A stretch of 64,000 bases of DNA, from positions 2,912,001 to 2,976,000 of the forward strand of contig OZ242320.1 of the NCBI GenBank assembly GCA_965208125.1, read 5' to 3'. This document shows, in pieces, positions 39,414-49,308 of the stretch. Below the pieces are notes generated by a model. That model had not been told where the DNA came from and made no database searches. It worked only from the letters and a program-made list of their open reading frames with translations. The stretch comes from Candidatus Latescibacterota bacterium (GTDB lineage: Bacteria; Latescibacterota; UBA2968). Within the stretch, counting starts at the first letter, position 1. Each line of letters opens with the position of its first letter. Made by a program: the position numbers and the translations under genes.

Positions 39414-40226
39414 TTAATATCCCGCACCGCGGCAATACTGATACATTTTGGCACTGCGGGTCGCTTCATCTATTGCGTTTTCGCCTTCGTAAACTGGCGC
39501 GCCCGGACAAGCTGTCACCCATCGGTCATATCCCGTGTCTTCAAGCACGTTTGCCAGATCGGGAAAGTCTAATGCTTCGCCGACGCCTACAGAGACCCAT
39601 TGGGGCGTGAATCGTCCCTCTGCATCCCGCGTGATATTTTCATCTGCCCAGTCCTGCAAGTGTACGTAATTGAGCTGGTCTTTAAAGTCGCGCAATGATT
39701 GCGCGGCGTCATAGTCCCAGAGTTGTGCGTGCGATACGTCGATACACAGTTTTGCTTTTTCGAGGTGTTGCATGTATAGCGTCCAGTCTTCTTTTGAATC
39801 TACCAGCAGATTGGTGTGGATGTGATAACTCAATTCCAAATTGTATTGCGCCGCGTAATCAGCCCAGTTGTCCGCTGCTTCAGCCGCCTGTTTGATATCG
39901 TCTTTGGTGATGTCCCGATCTTTGGGTTTTGGACCGCTCATGTACATAAAGCAATCTACTTCCATTTCAGCGGCAAAATCAATGCGCCGCTTGTTGCGTT
40001 CCTGGTGTTCCCGGTCGGATATTTCGGGCGATCCTTGCGCTGTGTAAACCGCCATAGGCAATCCCACATTGTCACAGATTTTCCGAACTCGACCCGCTGG
40101 TCCCAACCAATCCAGCGGCAATCGACATTCCCAGCCGTCCCAACCCGATTTTTTGAGGGCTTCAAGGGCGGGTTCCAAATCCGGGTTTCTCCATCGCAAT
40201 GCACAATATCCGAGTTTAAATGCCAT
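39414..40226 (-). CDS. Sugar phosphate isomerase/epimerase (IolE-like TIM barrel)
   Basis: GWDGWE, YHIH, CIDVSH, YVHLQD, GVGEALDF. Confidence 0.82.
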   Translation of the reverse strand: MAFKLGYCALRWRNPDLEPALEALKKSGWDGWECRLPLDWLGPAGRVRKICDNVGLPMAVYTAQGSPEISDREHQERNKRRIDFAAEMEVDCFMYMSGPKPKDRDITKDDIKQAAEAADNWADYAAQYNLELSYHIHTNLLVDSKEDWTLYMQHLEKAKLCIDVSHAQLWDYDAAQSLRDFKDQLNYVHLQDWADENITRDAEGRFTPQWVSVGVGEALDFPDLANVLEDTGYDRWVTACPGAPVYEGENAIDEATRSAKMYQYCRGAGY

Positions 40227-40247
40227 GATAATCTCCTTTCTCCCACG

Positions 40248-41486
40248 TTATCCAAATAATTCCCGATATTCTCGTTCAAATGCGTCCGATCCGTCATCCA
40301 GTTTTAATTCCAGGCGGATGCCCGGTAGAAAGCCCGTTAGTCGGCCCGCCAAAAAGTCTTCGCGATAGCTTCCGTCCGGATAATGGGTTCGTCGCCCATC
40401 GGGCCAGCATATTGTGTGAATTTGCCGTTTTTCTTCGAGTTTGAAATCTGGATCGACGCGGTAGCGTTCAATGACGTCCCAATCGAGTTCAATGCCCAAT
40501 CCAGGTGCATTGGGTACGCGAATATGACCGCCTTCTACTTTGAAGTCTTTGACGAGTGGATGCGTCCAGATGTTCACACAGGGGATCGCGGGCCAGCGCG
40601 CATGAGATAATACAGTGCCCAAATGCACGCCCCACATGGTAGTTAATCCCGATCCCACCAGTTGCAGCCAGAATGGCAAATTGGCTTCTGCGGCGAGGGT
40701 GCCCTGTTTCATCACGCGACTTGCGCCGCCACCTATTACAAATCCATCGCATACGCCTTCGCGCACTGCCGTCATAAAGGGTGGATTGCCAAAGTGCATG
40801 GCGATTGGACTGGCGATTTTTTGCCGCAACAGGGCGTTGCCCGCTACGTCGTTTTGCGGGATTGGCGTTTCGACCATTGCCAGTTGGCTATATGTATCTT
40901 CTAATCGCCGGATTAAGGGTGCGGCATGATCTACGCCGAGCAATAGGCTATTGAAGTCTGCATCGATTTTGAAATAATTCGGCACGGATTTTTTTATGGC
41001 TTCAAATTGTTCTTCGGGATAAAACCAGGGGCGCGTCTTGACCTTCATTGTCGTAAATCCGTGGTCTATCGCTGCCCGCGCTTCCATAGCCCATTCTTCG
41101 GGGGTGCGATCCTGCGACCACCACGATACGGGACACGAGTCTCGATATTGCACCCCCAGCAGTTTGTGGCACGGTACACCGAGTGTTTTTCCCGCTGCGT
41201 CGAAGAGTGCCATTTGCAAGCCCGCGCCCAGGCTGTCATCCCACAAATGATCGAATATGTTCTTTCCGCGAACGCGGGCAAATTGCTTTTCATTCGATTG
41301 TCCCCACGTATATCGCGTCAGGGTTTCGCCATATCCCGTTACTCCCGCAGAGGTGGTTAGTTTACACACATCCACGAGTGACCAAAACGGTACCCGAATT
41401 TGTTTTACTTTTGCACACCGCGGATGAAATGGGACGTGCAGAAGGATGTGTTCAATATCCGCAACTTCGCAGTCTTTGGAGGTCAT
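40248..41486 (-). CDS. Mandelate racemase/muconate lactonizing enzyme family protein
   Basis: GYGE, MALFDAAGK.LGVP, KVK, IDADFN, VETP, PGLGIELD. Confidence 0.88.
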   Translation of the reverse strand: MTSKDCEVADIEHILLHVPFHPRCAKVKQIRVPFWSLVDVCKLTTSAGVTGYGETLTRYTWGQSNEKQFARVRGKNIFDHLWDDSLGAGLQMALFDAAGKTLGVPCHKLLGVQYRDSCPVSWWSQDRTPEEWAMEARAAIDHGFTTMKVKTRPWFYPEEQFEAIKKSVPNYFKIDADFNSLLLGVDHAAPLIRRLEDTYSQLAMVETPIPQNDVAGNALLRQKIASPIAMHFGNPPFMTAVREGVCDGFVIGGGASRVMKQGTLAAEANLPFWLQLVGSGLTTMWGVHLGTVLSHARWPAIPCVNIWTHPLVKDFKVEGGHIRVPNAPGLGIELDWDVIERYRVDPDFKLEEKRQIHTICWPDGRRTHYPDGSYREDFLAGRLTGFLPGIRLELKLDDGSDAFEREYRELFG

Positions 41487-41501
41487 TTTGAACTCTCCTT
41501 G

Positions 41502-42173
41502 TTATACGATCAATTGACCGATATCGCAATTGTGAGCGTCGCAATACCACAGGACGCCTTCGTGCATGGTCATGCCGTGGACTTCATCGGGTGCTTCTAC
41601 GCGGATTACGTCGTACACGCGGCCATCTGCTGTGCCGAGTAAATTTACCGTGCCTGCGGATGTGTCCGCCACCCATAATTTGTCGTCTTGCCAGGCCAAT
41701 CCGTGGTTGCGGAGGCCCGGTGTTCGGAATGCGTGTTTTTCTGTCCAGGTTTCGGCATCTACCACATGTACAAATTGGGAGGGGGGGGACGCAATGTAAA
41801 TTTTGCCCTCGCGCCATTCCAATCCGTGTGCGCCGGTTTCTGAGGCTCCTGGCAGGCCCTCGCGCCAGGATGCGACACCAACGCCAGGGGAATCGTATTT
41901 TGCAATGGTTTTGCCGGTTTTCATATCGAGTTTTGCTATTTGTAATTCAAATGTGGATGCGATCCACACATGTCCGCCACCGACTGTGATTCCACTCGAA
42001 TGCTCTGTGTCTGTTTGCGCCTCAAATAGCACGTCGCCCGTTTCCCAATCTACTTTGTATATTTTCAGATCTACCTGGTCGATAATCCACAGGCCATCTG
42101 GCGCAGCTTGCAAACCATTTGGCTGCGGTCCTGGACTCTTAAAACGTTTTTCGACCTTTGCTATTTTTATCAT
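41502..42173 (-). CDS. Beta-propeller protein (Vgb/glutamine cyclotransferase-like repeats)
   Basis: Repeats PGPQPNGL, HGLEW, HGLAW, HGMT followed by LW strands; no signal peptide. Confidence 0.7.
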   Translation of the reverse strand: MIKIAKVEKRFKSPGPQPNGLQAAPDGLWIIDQVDLKIYKVDWETGDVLFEAQTDTEHSSGITVGGGHVWIASTFELQIAKLDMKTGKTIAKYDSPGVGVASWREGLPGASETGAHGLEWREGKIYIASPPSQFVHVVDAETWTEKHAFRTPGLRNHGLAWQDDKLWVADTSAGTVNLLGTADGRVYDVIRVEAPDEVHGMTMHEGVLWYCDAHNCDIGQLIV

Positions 42174-42220
42174 GGTATGGCTCCTGTTAATGTAAATGAA
42201 AAATTAAAAGCACCCCCATC

Positions 42221-42300
42221 CTGGACGCCTGCTTAAGGCATGCAGGCGTGACGACAGAAATAGTGATTGTCATTGCGGCATGTTTTTAGCCGCAATCCAG
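42221..42300. repeat. Inverted pair of 32-nt REP-like palindromic units
   Basis: CTGG-ACGCCTGC-TTAAGGCAT-GCAGGCGT-GAC (42221-42252) and, on the minus strand, CTGG-ATTGCGGC-TAAAAACAT-GCCGCAAT-GAC (42269-42300). Confidence 0.75.
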
Positions 42301-42469
42301 TGTTTTTCAGTACTGACGTTGTACTCCGCGTGCAGCGGTCAGTTCCTTTCCTCTATTCATCCTAAAACCACGTATGACGTAATGTAATACATCTTTTGCT
42401 TGAAGCAAGACATTGTACTACTACATTTTCTTTGACTTGCCGACTTTCGAGTGCCATTTTGTTTTTACC

Positions 42470-43315
42470 ATGATTCAATTTCTCGAAAATATCAAGGCGG
42501 TGCTTTTCCGTTTTTGCGCGTGTTTTCAGCACAGGCTCAGAGCGGCTATGCGTCGCGTAAAGTACCTGCGTCCGTTGATGGTGGCGCTGCTTCTCATTGC
42601 GCTGATCGGTGCAGGTGTTGCCTGGAGCGAATATCAGACCAATTGGTTTGCGCGACGCCTTGGAGCATTTTTGCTTTCGATCAATGCGTTGCGTCCAGAA
42701 AGTGGTGCGATCTGGAAGGATATTCAAGCACAGGCGCAAACTCAGCAAGCCATTGATGCAGCCTATCCCTTGCCTGTGCCACGAGCGGGTTTGCCCGATG
42801 CGGTTACAAATAGCCGTTTTGAGGGTTCACGCGTGCCCGAATCAGGCGTTCCGGGCTATGTCGCGATTTACAAGATCCCTTTGCCCGGCGTTGATCTCAA
42901 TACCAGACCGCTCGGCGATGTGATCGCCAGTTTGCGTGTTTACCGCCAGGGGCTTGCGGTTGTCAAAGCATTGCATCTGCCGGATGTGCATTTTCACGCG
43001 GAGGTGCGCAAACAGATCGATTATCTCTACGCTCAGGTGGGAGATATTGAGACTGTTGCGCCAGACACGCTGGGCGTAACCGATCCCGATTCGCTCAAGG
43101 CTGCTGTTTTTTCCGAACTCGCTACTGCGGTTATTCCCGATTTGAGACTGCGCGAGAAAAAGGCTCTGATTGAGGCTTATGAAAATGGGCAGATTGCACA
43201 AATTTTCTTGTATCGCGACCTCGGGCGTTTTCGCGGTGAACTTTTCCGCGAGGGAAGTCAGGTGCCTGTTGTTTTTGAAATTGAGGCGCGTGCTGTTTCC
43301 GAAATTGTGGAGTAA
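42470..43315 (+). CDS. Membrane-anchored hypothetical protein
   Basis: One TM helix (LMVALLLIALIGAGVAW); TAATG coupling to the PBP gene; start uncertain (42470 or 42548). Confidence 0.7.
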   Translation: MIQFLENIKAVLFRFCACFQHRLRAAMRRVKYLRPLMVALLLIALIGAGVAWSEYQTNWFARRLGAFLLSINALRPESGAIWKDIQAQAQTQQAIDAAYPLPVPRAGLPDAVTNSRFEGSRVPESGVPGYVAIYKIPLPGVDLNTRPLGDVIASLRVYRQGLAVVKALHLPDVHFHAEVRKQIDYLYAQVGDIETVAPDTLGVTDPDSLKAAVFSELATAVIPDLRLREKKALIEAYENGQIAQIFLYRDLGRFRGELFREGSQVPVVFEIEARAVSEIVE

Positions 43316-45387
43316 TGGCATATCCTATGAAATTAATCTTACATCGCGGCTTTTTTCTCGCTCTTTTGATCATTGCCGATGTTTTGCTGATTGTGCTGGG
43401 CGCGGCATGCTGGCTTGTGATTACCCTGCCGAGGCTGCCCGATGATCCCGATAGCTTATTGGTAGAGTCCGGGATCAATATTTACGCAGCTTCTGGGGAG
43501 TTGCTCTATACGGTTAATCAGCGCGTTGGTCGCGTTGGTCTCGACGAGGTGCATCCGCATTTTGTTCAGGCTGTGCTATCTATCGAAGATGCAGATTTTT
43601 ATCACCATCGCGGGTACAGTATTAAAGGTATGGTCGGTGCTTTTTTTAATAATATTCGACACTGGGATAGGGTGCGGGGTGGCAGTACAATTACACAGCA
43701 GATTGTGAAAAATATCTTTCTTACGCGAGAAAAATTTTATGTGCGAAAGCTCAAAGAAATTCTTCTCGCAACGCAACTCGAAGCCCTTTTTGAACGCCAC
43801 TATGGTGCGGGCTATAAAGACCGATTGCTCGAGATTTATATCAATGGCAGTTTTTACGGTGCCAATGCTTATGGTATTGCCGATGCGGCGCAGACCTATT
43901 TTGGCAAGCACGCCGCAGATCTTACGCTTCTCGAAGCTGCAATACTCGCGGGGCTTCCCAATGCACCGAGTGTGCTCAATCCGTTCCGCAAAGACCAGTC
44001 TCGCGTTCTGGCGCGTGCCAGGCTTGTCTTAAACCGCATGCAGGCATTGGGTTTTATTAGTTCAGAGGAAGTACAGAATGCGATGGCTTCGGAATTGAAA
44101 CTCGTTTCTGAACGTATGCCTCAAAATCGAACGCCTTATTTTGTCGAGACTGTTAAGGCCGAGGTTACGCGCCTGTGGGGTGCTCAGGCGCTGAGTTTTG
44201 GCGGTTTGAATATTTACACGACGCTCGATTTGCGTATGCAACAGGCTGCTGAGCGTGCCGTGGCCAGGGGGTTGGCAGATCTGGATGCGCATCTGGGGTT
44301 TTCAGATTATGGCAGTGCGTCATCTGAACAGCGCGCCGATTATGTACAGGGCGCGTTGATCTGCCTGGATCCGCGGACTGGATATGTCAAAGCGATGGTG
44401 GGTGGGCGCGATATTTTTGTCAGTTATTACAACCGGGCTACGCAGGCGCGGCGTCAACCGGGTTCGGGTTTTAAACCTTTTGTGTATCTGGCGGCTTTTG
44501 AAAGCGGTGCTTTTTCGCCGGTTTCTCTTTTTAATGATACGCTGCGCACCTATCGCGTGAACGATGAGGACTGGTCGCCCAAAAATTTTGCAGATAAATA
44601 TCTGGGGCTTACCACTGCTGCGAATGCACTGGTCAAGTCGGCAAATGCGACGAGTGTGCAAATTGCAATGGATATTGGTCCTGAGCGCATTGTCGATCTG
44701 GCGCAACGTCTGGGTATTCAGAGCAAGCTTAGACCGTATCCCAGTATTGCCCTGGGGGCGCAGGAGGTCACGTTGCTCGATATGGCTGTTGCCTATGGCG
44801 CGATTGCAAGTTACGGTTTTCGCGTGATACCGACATTTATCGCGCGGATTGAGGATGCCACAGGGCAAATACACTATGAGCATCGGCCAGATCCCATGCT
44901 TGTTCTCGATCCCGAACAGGCAGTGATTATGGTCAATTTGATGCAGCATGTTGTCAATCGCGGTACGGGGCGTGCGATTCGCGCGTTTGGATTTCAGGGT
45001 GCTGCTGCGGGTAAAACTGGTACGACAAATGACAATACAGATGCCTGGTTCACGGGGTTTACACCCGATCTGGTCGCCAGTGTGTGGATTGGTTTTGACA
45101 ACCGCGAGGGTGGCCGTCGGCTGATCGAGAAGAGGAGCAGACGCCAGATTACTGGTGGGAGTGGCGCAGCACCGATTTGGGCCGCGTTTATGAAGAGTGT
45201 AGGTAAACCCTCGCGGGACTTTATCACGCCCACAGAAGTTGCCGCGCATACTGTGAATTTGCGGAGCGGTATTGCCGATACTTCTGATGGAACTGTCACC
45301 CTCGTTCTGCCCGAAGGGGTTGCGCCCAATACACCAGTAGATACATTGAGGTTTTTCAAGGAAATTGAGATGAAACAAGAACCCTAA
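43315..45387 (+). CDS. Class A penicillin-binding protein (PBP1A family)
   Basis: GT51 motifs SIED.F..H.G, GGSTITQQ, RKLKE; transpeptidase SGFK, SAN, KTG. Confidence 0.95.
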   Translation: MAYPMKLILHRGFFLALLIIADVLLIVLGAACWLVITLPRLPDDPDSLLVESGINIYAASGELLYTVNQRVGRVGLDEVHPHFVQAVLSIEDADFYHHRGYSIKGMVGAFFNNIRHWDRVRGGSTITQQIVKNIFLTREKFYVRKLKEILLATQLEALFERHYGAGYKDRLLEIYINGSFYGANAYGIADAAQTYFGKHAADLTLLEAAILAGLPNAPSVLNPFRKDQSRVLARARLVLNRMQALGFISSEEVQNAMASELKLVSERMPQNRTPYFVETVKAEVTRLWGAQALSFGGLNIYTTLDLRMQQAAERAVARGLADLDAHLGFSDYGSASSEQRADYVQGALICLDPRTGYVKAMVGGRDIFVSYYNRATQARRQPGSGFKPFVYLAAFESGAFSPVSLFNDTLRTYRVNDEDWSPKNFADKYLGLTTAANALVKSANATSVQIAMDIGPERIVDLAQRLGIQSKLRPYPSIALGAQEVTLLDMAVAYGAIASYGFRVIPTFIARIEDATGQIHYEHRPDPMLVLDPEQAVIMVNLMQHVVNRGTGRAIRAFGFQGAAAGKTGTTNDNTDAWFTGFTPDLVASVWIGFDNREGGRRLIEKRSRRQITGGSGAAPIWAAFMKSVGKPSRDFITPTEVAAHTVNLRSGIADTSDGTVTLVLPEGVAPNTPVDTLRFFKEIEMKQEP

Positions 45388-45403
45388 CGCAAAAGGAGAC
45401 ACC

Positions 45404-46336
45404 ATGGAACCCTGGTCTTTTCTTCATATCTGCGATATGCAACCCGGTTCGCCCCGGTCCTTTCGCTTCAATCAGCGAAATATGGACAATTGGCAGACTG
45501 CTTACCGACAGATTCAAGATATTACCGATGTCGATCTTCTTCTCGTGGGTGGCGACCTCACGCGGGATGGGGTGCTCCACGATTTTGAGTTTGAAGTTGC
45601 CAAACGCGAACTCGATGCCTTGCTTTATCCGTATTACGCGATTCCCGGCAATATGGATACGTGCAACAAGCATACGGATAAAAATGGTGCTACCGGGCGC
45701 GAAGATATCCGTTTGAATGTCACTGCTGAGCAATTGGATCGGTTTGTGCCCTTTTTTGGCGATTTTCCCTGGAGCTTTGTTCACAAGAATGTGCGCTTTA
45801 GCGGATTTTATGCGGCTGTGGCGGGTTCGGGATTGCCCCATGAGACGCGCATGTGGCACTGGCTGGAGAGTGAGTTGCCGTCTCTTCCCCGCGCGGCGCA
45901 TCACGTTGTGACGATGCATTATACTCTTTTTATGGATACGCTCGATGAACCCAAATGGGATATTACAAAAGCGGACGAATATAGAGACTGGTATTTTTCG
46001 ATTGATCCGCCACACAGACAGCGCATTTTTGAGGCGTTTAAGAAATCCGGTGTGTCCATTGTTCTCAGCGGACATATTCACTGCCGCCGTCCGCCCCAGG
46101 TTGTTGAGGGTATTTCCTTTTATCGCTGTGCAGGTATAGCGATGCCCCAGGGGGCTGACCGATGGGACGATGGCGATCCCACGTTGGGGTTCTATCGTTT
46201 TGACGTGACAGACACTGATATAACCCCTACATTTATTCCTCTGATTGAGGAATCGCGATCTACCGAGGGTTATGGCCCCGGGGGTCATCCCAGGCCTGAG
46301 GAACGCGATTATTCACTCGCGTGGGAGAAAGGTTAG
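45404..46336 (+). CDS. Calcineurin-like metallophosphoesterase
   Basis: HICD, GGDLT, PGNMD, MH, SGHIH; AAGGAG RBS. Confidence 0.85.
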   Translation: MEPWSFLHICDMQPGSPRSFRFNQRNMDNWQTAYRQIQDITDVDLLLVGGDLTRDGVLHDFEFEVAKRELDALLYPYYAIPGNMDTCNKHTDKNGATGREDIRLNVTAEQLDRFVPFFGDFPWSFVHKNVRFSGFYAAVAGSGLPHETRMWHWLESELPSLPRAAHHVVTMHYTLFMDTLDEPKWDITKADEYRDWYFSIDPPHRQRIFEAFKKSGVSIVLSGHIHCRRPPQVVEGISFYRCAGIAMPQGADRWDDGDPTLGFYRFDVTDTDITPTFIPLIEESRSTEGYGPGGHPRPEERDYSLAWEKG

Positions 46337-46369
46337 AGGCTGGGCAACTATGTAAAGAGGAGAAATAAG

Positions 46370-46552
46370 ATGAATCATTCGCGCGGACGCGATCCTGTTA
46401 TTGAGGTTTACAAAAAGGACGTTGATCGAACACTCATTCGCAGAAATCTCAAACTTTCTCATGAAGAACGGTTGCAAAATGCGATGGAGCTTCAACGCTT
46501 TGCACAGGAATTGCGAAAAGCTGGGCGTCGTAAGCAACAAAATGAGGAGTGA
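46370..46552 (+). CDS. Small helical hypothetical protein (60 aa)
   Basis: AGAGGAG RBS; DPVIEVYKKDVDRTLIRRNLKLSHEERL; fills the gap between co-oriented genes. Confidence 0.75.
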   Translation: MNHSRGRDPVIEVYKKDVDRTLIRRNLKLSHEERLQNAMELQRFAQELRKAGRRKQQNEE

Positions 46553-46557
46553 TTTTT

Positions 46558-48300
46558 ATGTCTGTTTTACATATTACGTCACCTGCTGCCCCTCCTGAGT
46601 GGGCACTTTTGCAACGGGAACTGATGCGCGCGCAGGCTACGGCGTGCGAGGTTTTTTATCATCGGTATTTCGATAGTCGAGGGTATCTCAAGTGTATTCC
46701 GAGGTGGGGGGGTAATGATGGGCCAGATGATGCAATAGAAAATCTCACGGGGTATTCGATGGTGCATACGCTGGGCGGACCTGCGCATATTCTCGATCTC
46801 TACAAGCAGGCGTGGGAAGGGCATATCGAACAATATTCCGAGGCTAAGACCGAGGTTGTGCCTATCGGGCGTGACGGTATGTATTACAAGGAGTTTCCCG
46901 CGTGTTTCGACTGGTTCCACCACGGGGAATCGCTTACCATTTTTAATTTGCAGGGTCTGTCCGATCCGCATGAGGTTACTTTTGGTCATCGCGTGCGTCG
47001 CTACGCTGGTTTTTATATGGATGAAGATCCCCAGGCGAAGAATTACGATCCTGAGCACAAAGTAATCCGTAGCCTTTTCAATGGCAGTCGGGGACCTTTG
47101 TTGCGAAAAGCCACGGGTCTGGATTGGGCAGGGGATCCCTTTGAGGTTGAGGGGCGTTTTCCCGCGCCGCGTCACGGTGAACGCAATTTTGAAGAGATGC
47201 TTATGCATTTTGAAGATTATACCGATGTGATTGGCGATCATCCCCTGAATCTGGCGGCTACGACGCTGGGTCTCAATGCGTTCGCGCTGGCTGGTGAGGA
47301 GAAATACCGCACCTGGTTGCTGGAATATGTGGATGCGTGGGCAGATCGCGCGGCCGAGAATAACGGTATTCTTCCGTCCAATATCGGTCTTGATGGTGCG
47401 ATTGGCGGTGCGTGTGATGGCAAGTGGTATGGCGGTTGTTATGGCTGGGGATTTACTGTGGTTGTTCCGCAAACAGGCGCGCTTGCTGACCGCAATTCCA
47501 TAGCTCGAGGCATTGCGGGGTTTGGCAATGCCCTGCTTCTGACGGGTGACCAGAAGTATCCCCGTGTCTGGGGCACGATGATCAATGCGGTGAATAGCAA
47601 TAGCAAGAATGTCGATGGGGAAATACAATATCCGCATATGCACGGGGATGATGGCTGGTATAGCTATAGCTCCCAGCCCTTTAATCAGGGTGCGCTTGAC
47701 GTGTACTACTGGACGATGGATGATGCCGATCTTGAGCACATTTCCGCAGATCCATGGATAGACTACCTGCGCGGGAATAATCCCGACCATCCCACGCGCA
47801 CTTTGCGAAATGCTTTGAGCGCGATTCGCGGGAAGATGGAGAATGTGCGCAACGATACGTCTTCCACGGATACCCGGTTATCCGACGATCCATTGCCCTA
47901 TAATCCCGCAACTACTGTGAACGCGCTCATACAACTGCAACTGGGTGGTTTGGCACCGCGCCACGGCGAACCCCTGCATTGTCGCGTGCGTTATTTTGAT
48001 CCCGAGAATCGCCGTCCCGGGTTGCCGTCTGATGTGGCTGCTCTGGTCGAGACGCTGACCGCGGATGGTGTTGTGTTGTCACTCGTGAATGTCAATCAGA
48101 CAGAATATCGCGATCTCATTGTCCAGAGCGGTGCTTATGCCGAACATCAGATTAGTGCCGCTGAGGTTGATGGCAATACATCTGATCTCGATGCATCGTG
48201 GATGACGGTTCGTCTTGGTCCCGGTTGCGGTGCGCGACTTACACTTAAAACAGAACGCTATGTCAATTCGCCCACTTTTGCGTTTCCATGGGAGAGATAG
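46558..48300 (+). CDS. Hypothetical cytoplasmic protein, possible alpha/alpha-toroid enzyme
   Basis: Long ORF with GAGGAG RBS; WGGNDGPDDAIEN, DWFHHGE, KWYGGCYGW motifs; fold is a guess. Confidence 0.75.
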   Translation: MSVLHITSPAAPPEWALLQRELMRAQATACEVFYHRYFDSRGYLKCIPRWGGNDGPDDAIENLTGYSMVHTLGGPAHILDLYKQAWEGHIEQYSEAKTEVVPIGRDGMYYKEFPACFDWFHHGESLTIFNLQGLSDPHEVTFGHRVRRYAGFYMDEDPQAKNYDPEHKVIRSLFNGSRGPLLRKATGLDWAGDPFEVEGRFPAPRHGERNFEEMLMHFEDYTDVIGDHPLNLAATTLGLNAFALAGEEKYRTWLLEYVDAWADRAAENNGILPSNIGLDGAIGGACDGKWYGGCYGWGFTVVVPQTGALADRNSIARGIAGFGNALLLTGDQKYPRVWGTMINAVNSNSKNVDGEIQYPHMHGDDGWYSYSSQPFNQGALDVYYWTMDDADLEHISADPWIDYLRGNNPDHPTRTLRNALSAIRGKMENVRNDTSSTDTRLSDDPLPYNPATTVNALIQLQLGGLAPRHGEPLHCRVRYFDPENRRPGLPSDVAALVETLTADGVVLSLVNVNQTEYRDLIVQSGAYAEHQISAAEVDGNTSDLDASWMTVRLGPGCGARLTLKTERYVNSPTFAFPWER

Positions 48301-48328
48301 ATTCAGCAATCAATAAAAGGAGTTTCTT

Positions 48329-49279
48329 ATGTCCAGAATTAATGTTGGTCTTGCCCGCTGCGAGAATCACCGCCGGAATGTATTTGGCGCTCTCGATCTG
48401 ATCCGCGATGATGTGGTTCCCAAACTCGCCGAGCAGGTGATGCTCAAACCCAATTTTCTTTCGTCTAAAAATCAACTGGCGTCTTCTCATCCCGATGCAA
48501 TGCGAGGGGCTATTGATTTTTTGCTTACCACGCCCAATCCACCGGATGAGATCCTTATAGCCGAGGGGGGTAATGAAGATATTCCAGGAGAAGCTTTTGA
48601 CAATTTTGGGTATCACGCTTTGATAGAAGAATACGATGTTCCCATTCGACTCATTGACCTCAATTCTGAGACCCGATGGGAGACTGTGCCGATTTTTCTC
48701 GATGACCGCACTGAATACCAGGTGCATATGCCCAAGACCGTGCTCGATTGCCCCTGCACGATTTCAATGGCGGTTGCCAAAACCCACGATGTTACGGTTG
48801 TTACGCTCGCGCTCAAGAATATGATTATGGGAACGATTCGGAAAGAAGACCGCGTTAAGATGCACGGGTTTCCCTCACATCCAGAACGCTTGCGTCCAAA
48901 TGAGTCCAAACGACTCAATGTCAATCTTATTCGGCTCGCCAAATATCTGGCACCGGATATCGGCGTGATCGATGGTACTGTCGGTTTGCAGGGCAATGGT
49001 CCCGGAGGGACGGATTCGGTTGATCTGGGCGTTGCCGCAGCGAGTGTAGATGTTTTCGCTGTGGATGCGGTTATGACCAGTGTTATGGGTTTTGAACCCG
49101 CGAAGCAGGGGTTGCTCTATTATGCCAATCAACTCGGCATTGGTGTGACTGATCTCAACAATATCAATATTCTCGGAACTGCTATCGAAAATGTCGCCAG
49201 AGCGTTTAAGCCGCACAAGTGGATCGAAGAACAACGCCAGTGGCACGAGCCAAATGCCATGGCCGATATTTTTGCGTGA
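48329..49279 (+). CDS. DUF362 domain protein
   Basis: VMLKPN, IAEG, KTH..VTLALKNM.MG, IDG..GLQGNGP, AVDA. Confidence 0.88.
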   Translation: MSRINVGLARCENHRRNVFGALDLIRDDVVPKLAEQVMLKPNFLSSKNQLASSHPDAMRGAIDFLLTTPNPPDEILIAEGGNEDIPGEAFDNFGYHALIEEYDVPIRLIDLNSETRWETVPIFLDDRTEYQVHMPKTVLDCPCTISMAVAKTHDVTVVTLALKNMIMGTIRKEDRVKMHGFPSHPERLRPNESKRLNVNLIRLAKYLAPDIGVIDGTVGLQGNGPGGTDSVDLGVAAASVDVFAVDAVMTSVMGFEPAKQGLLYYANQLGIGVTDLNNINILGTAIENVARAFKPHKWIEEQRQWHEPNAMADIFA

Positions 49280-49308
49280 TAACGATCTCGGTAGTACAGG
49301 AGTTTTTC

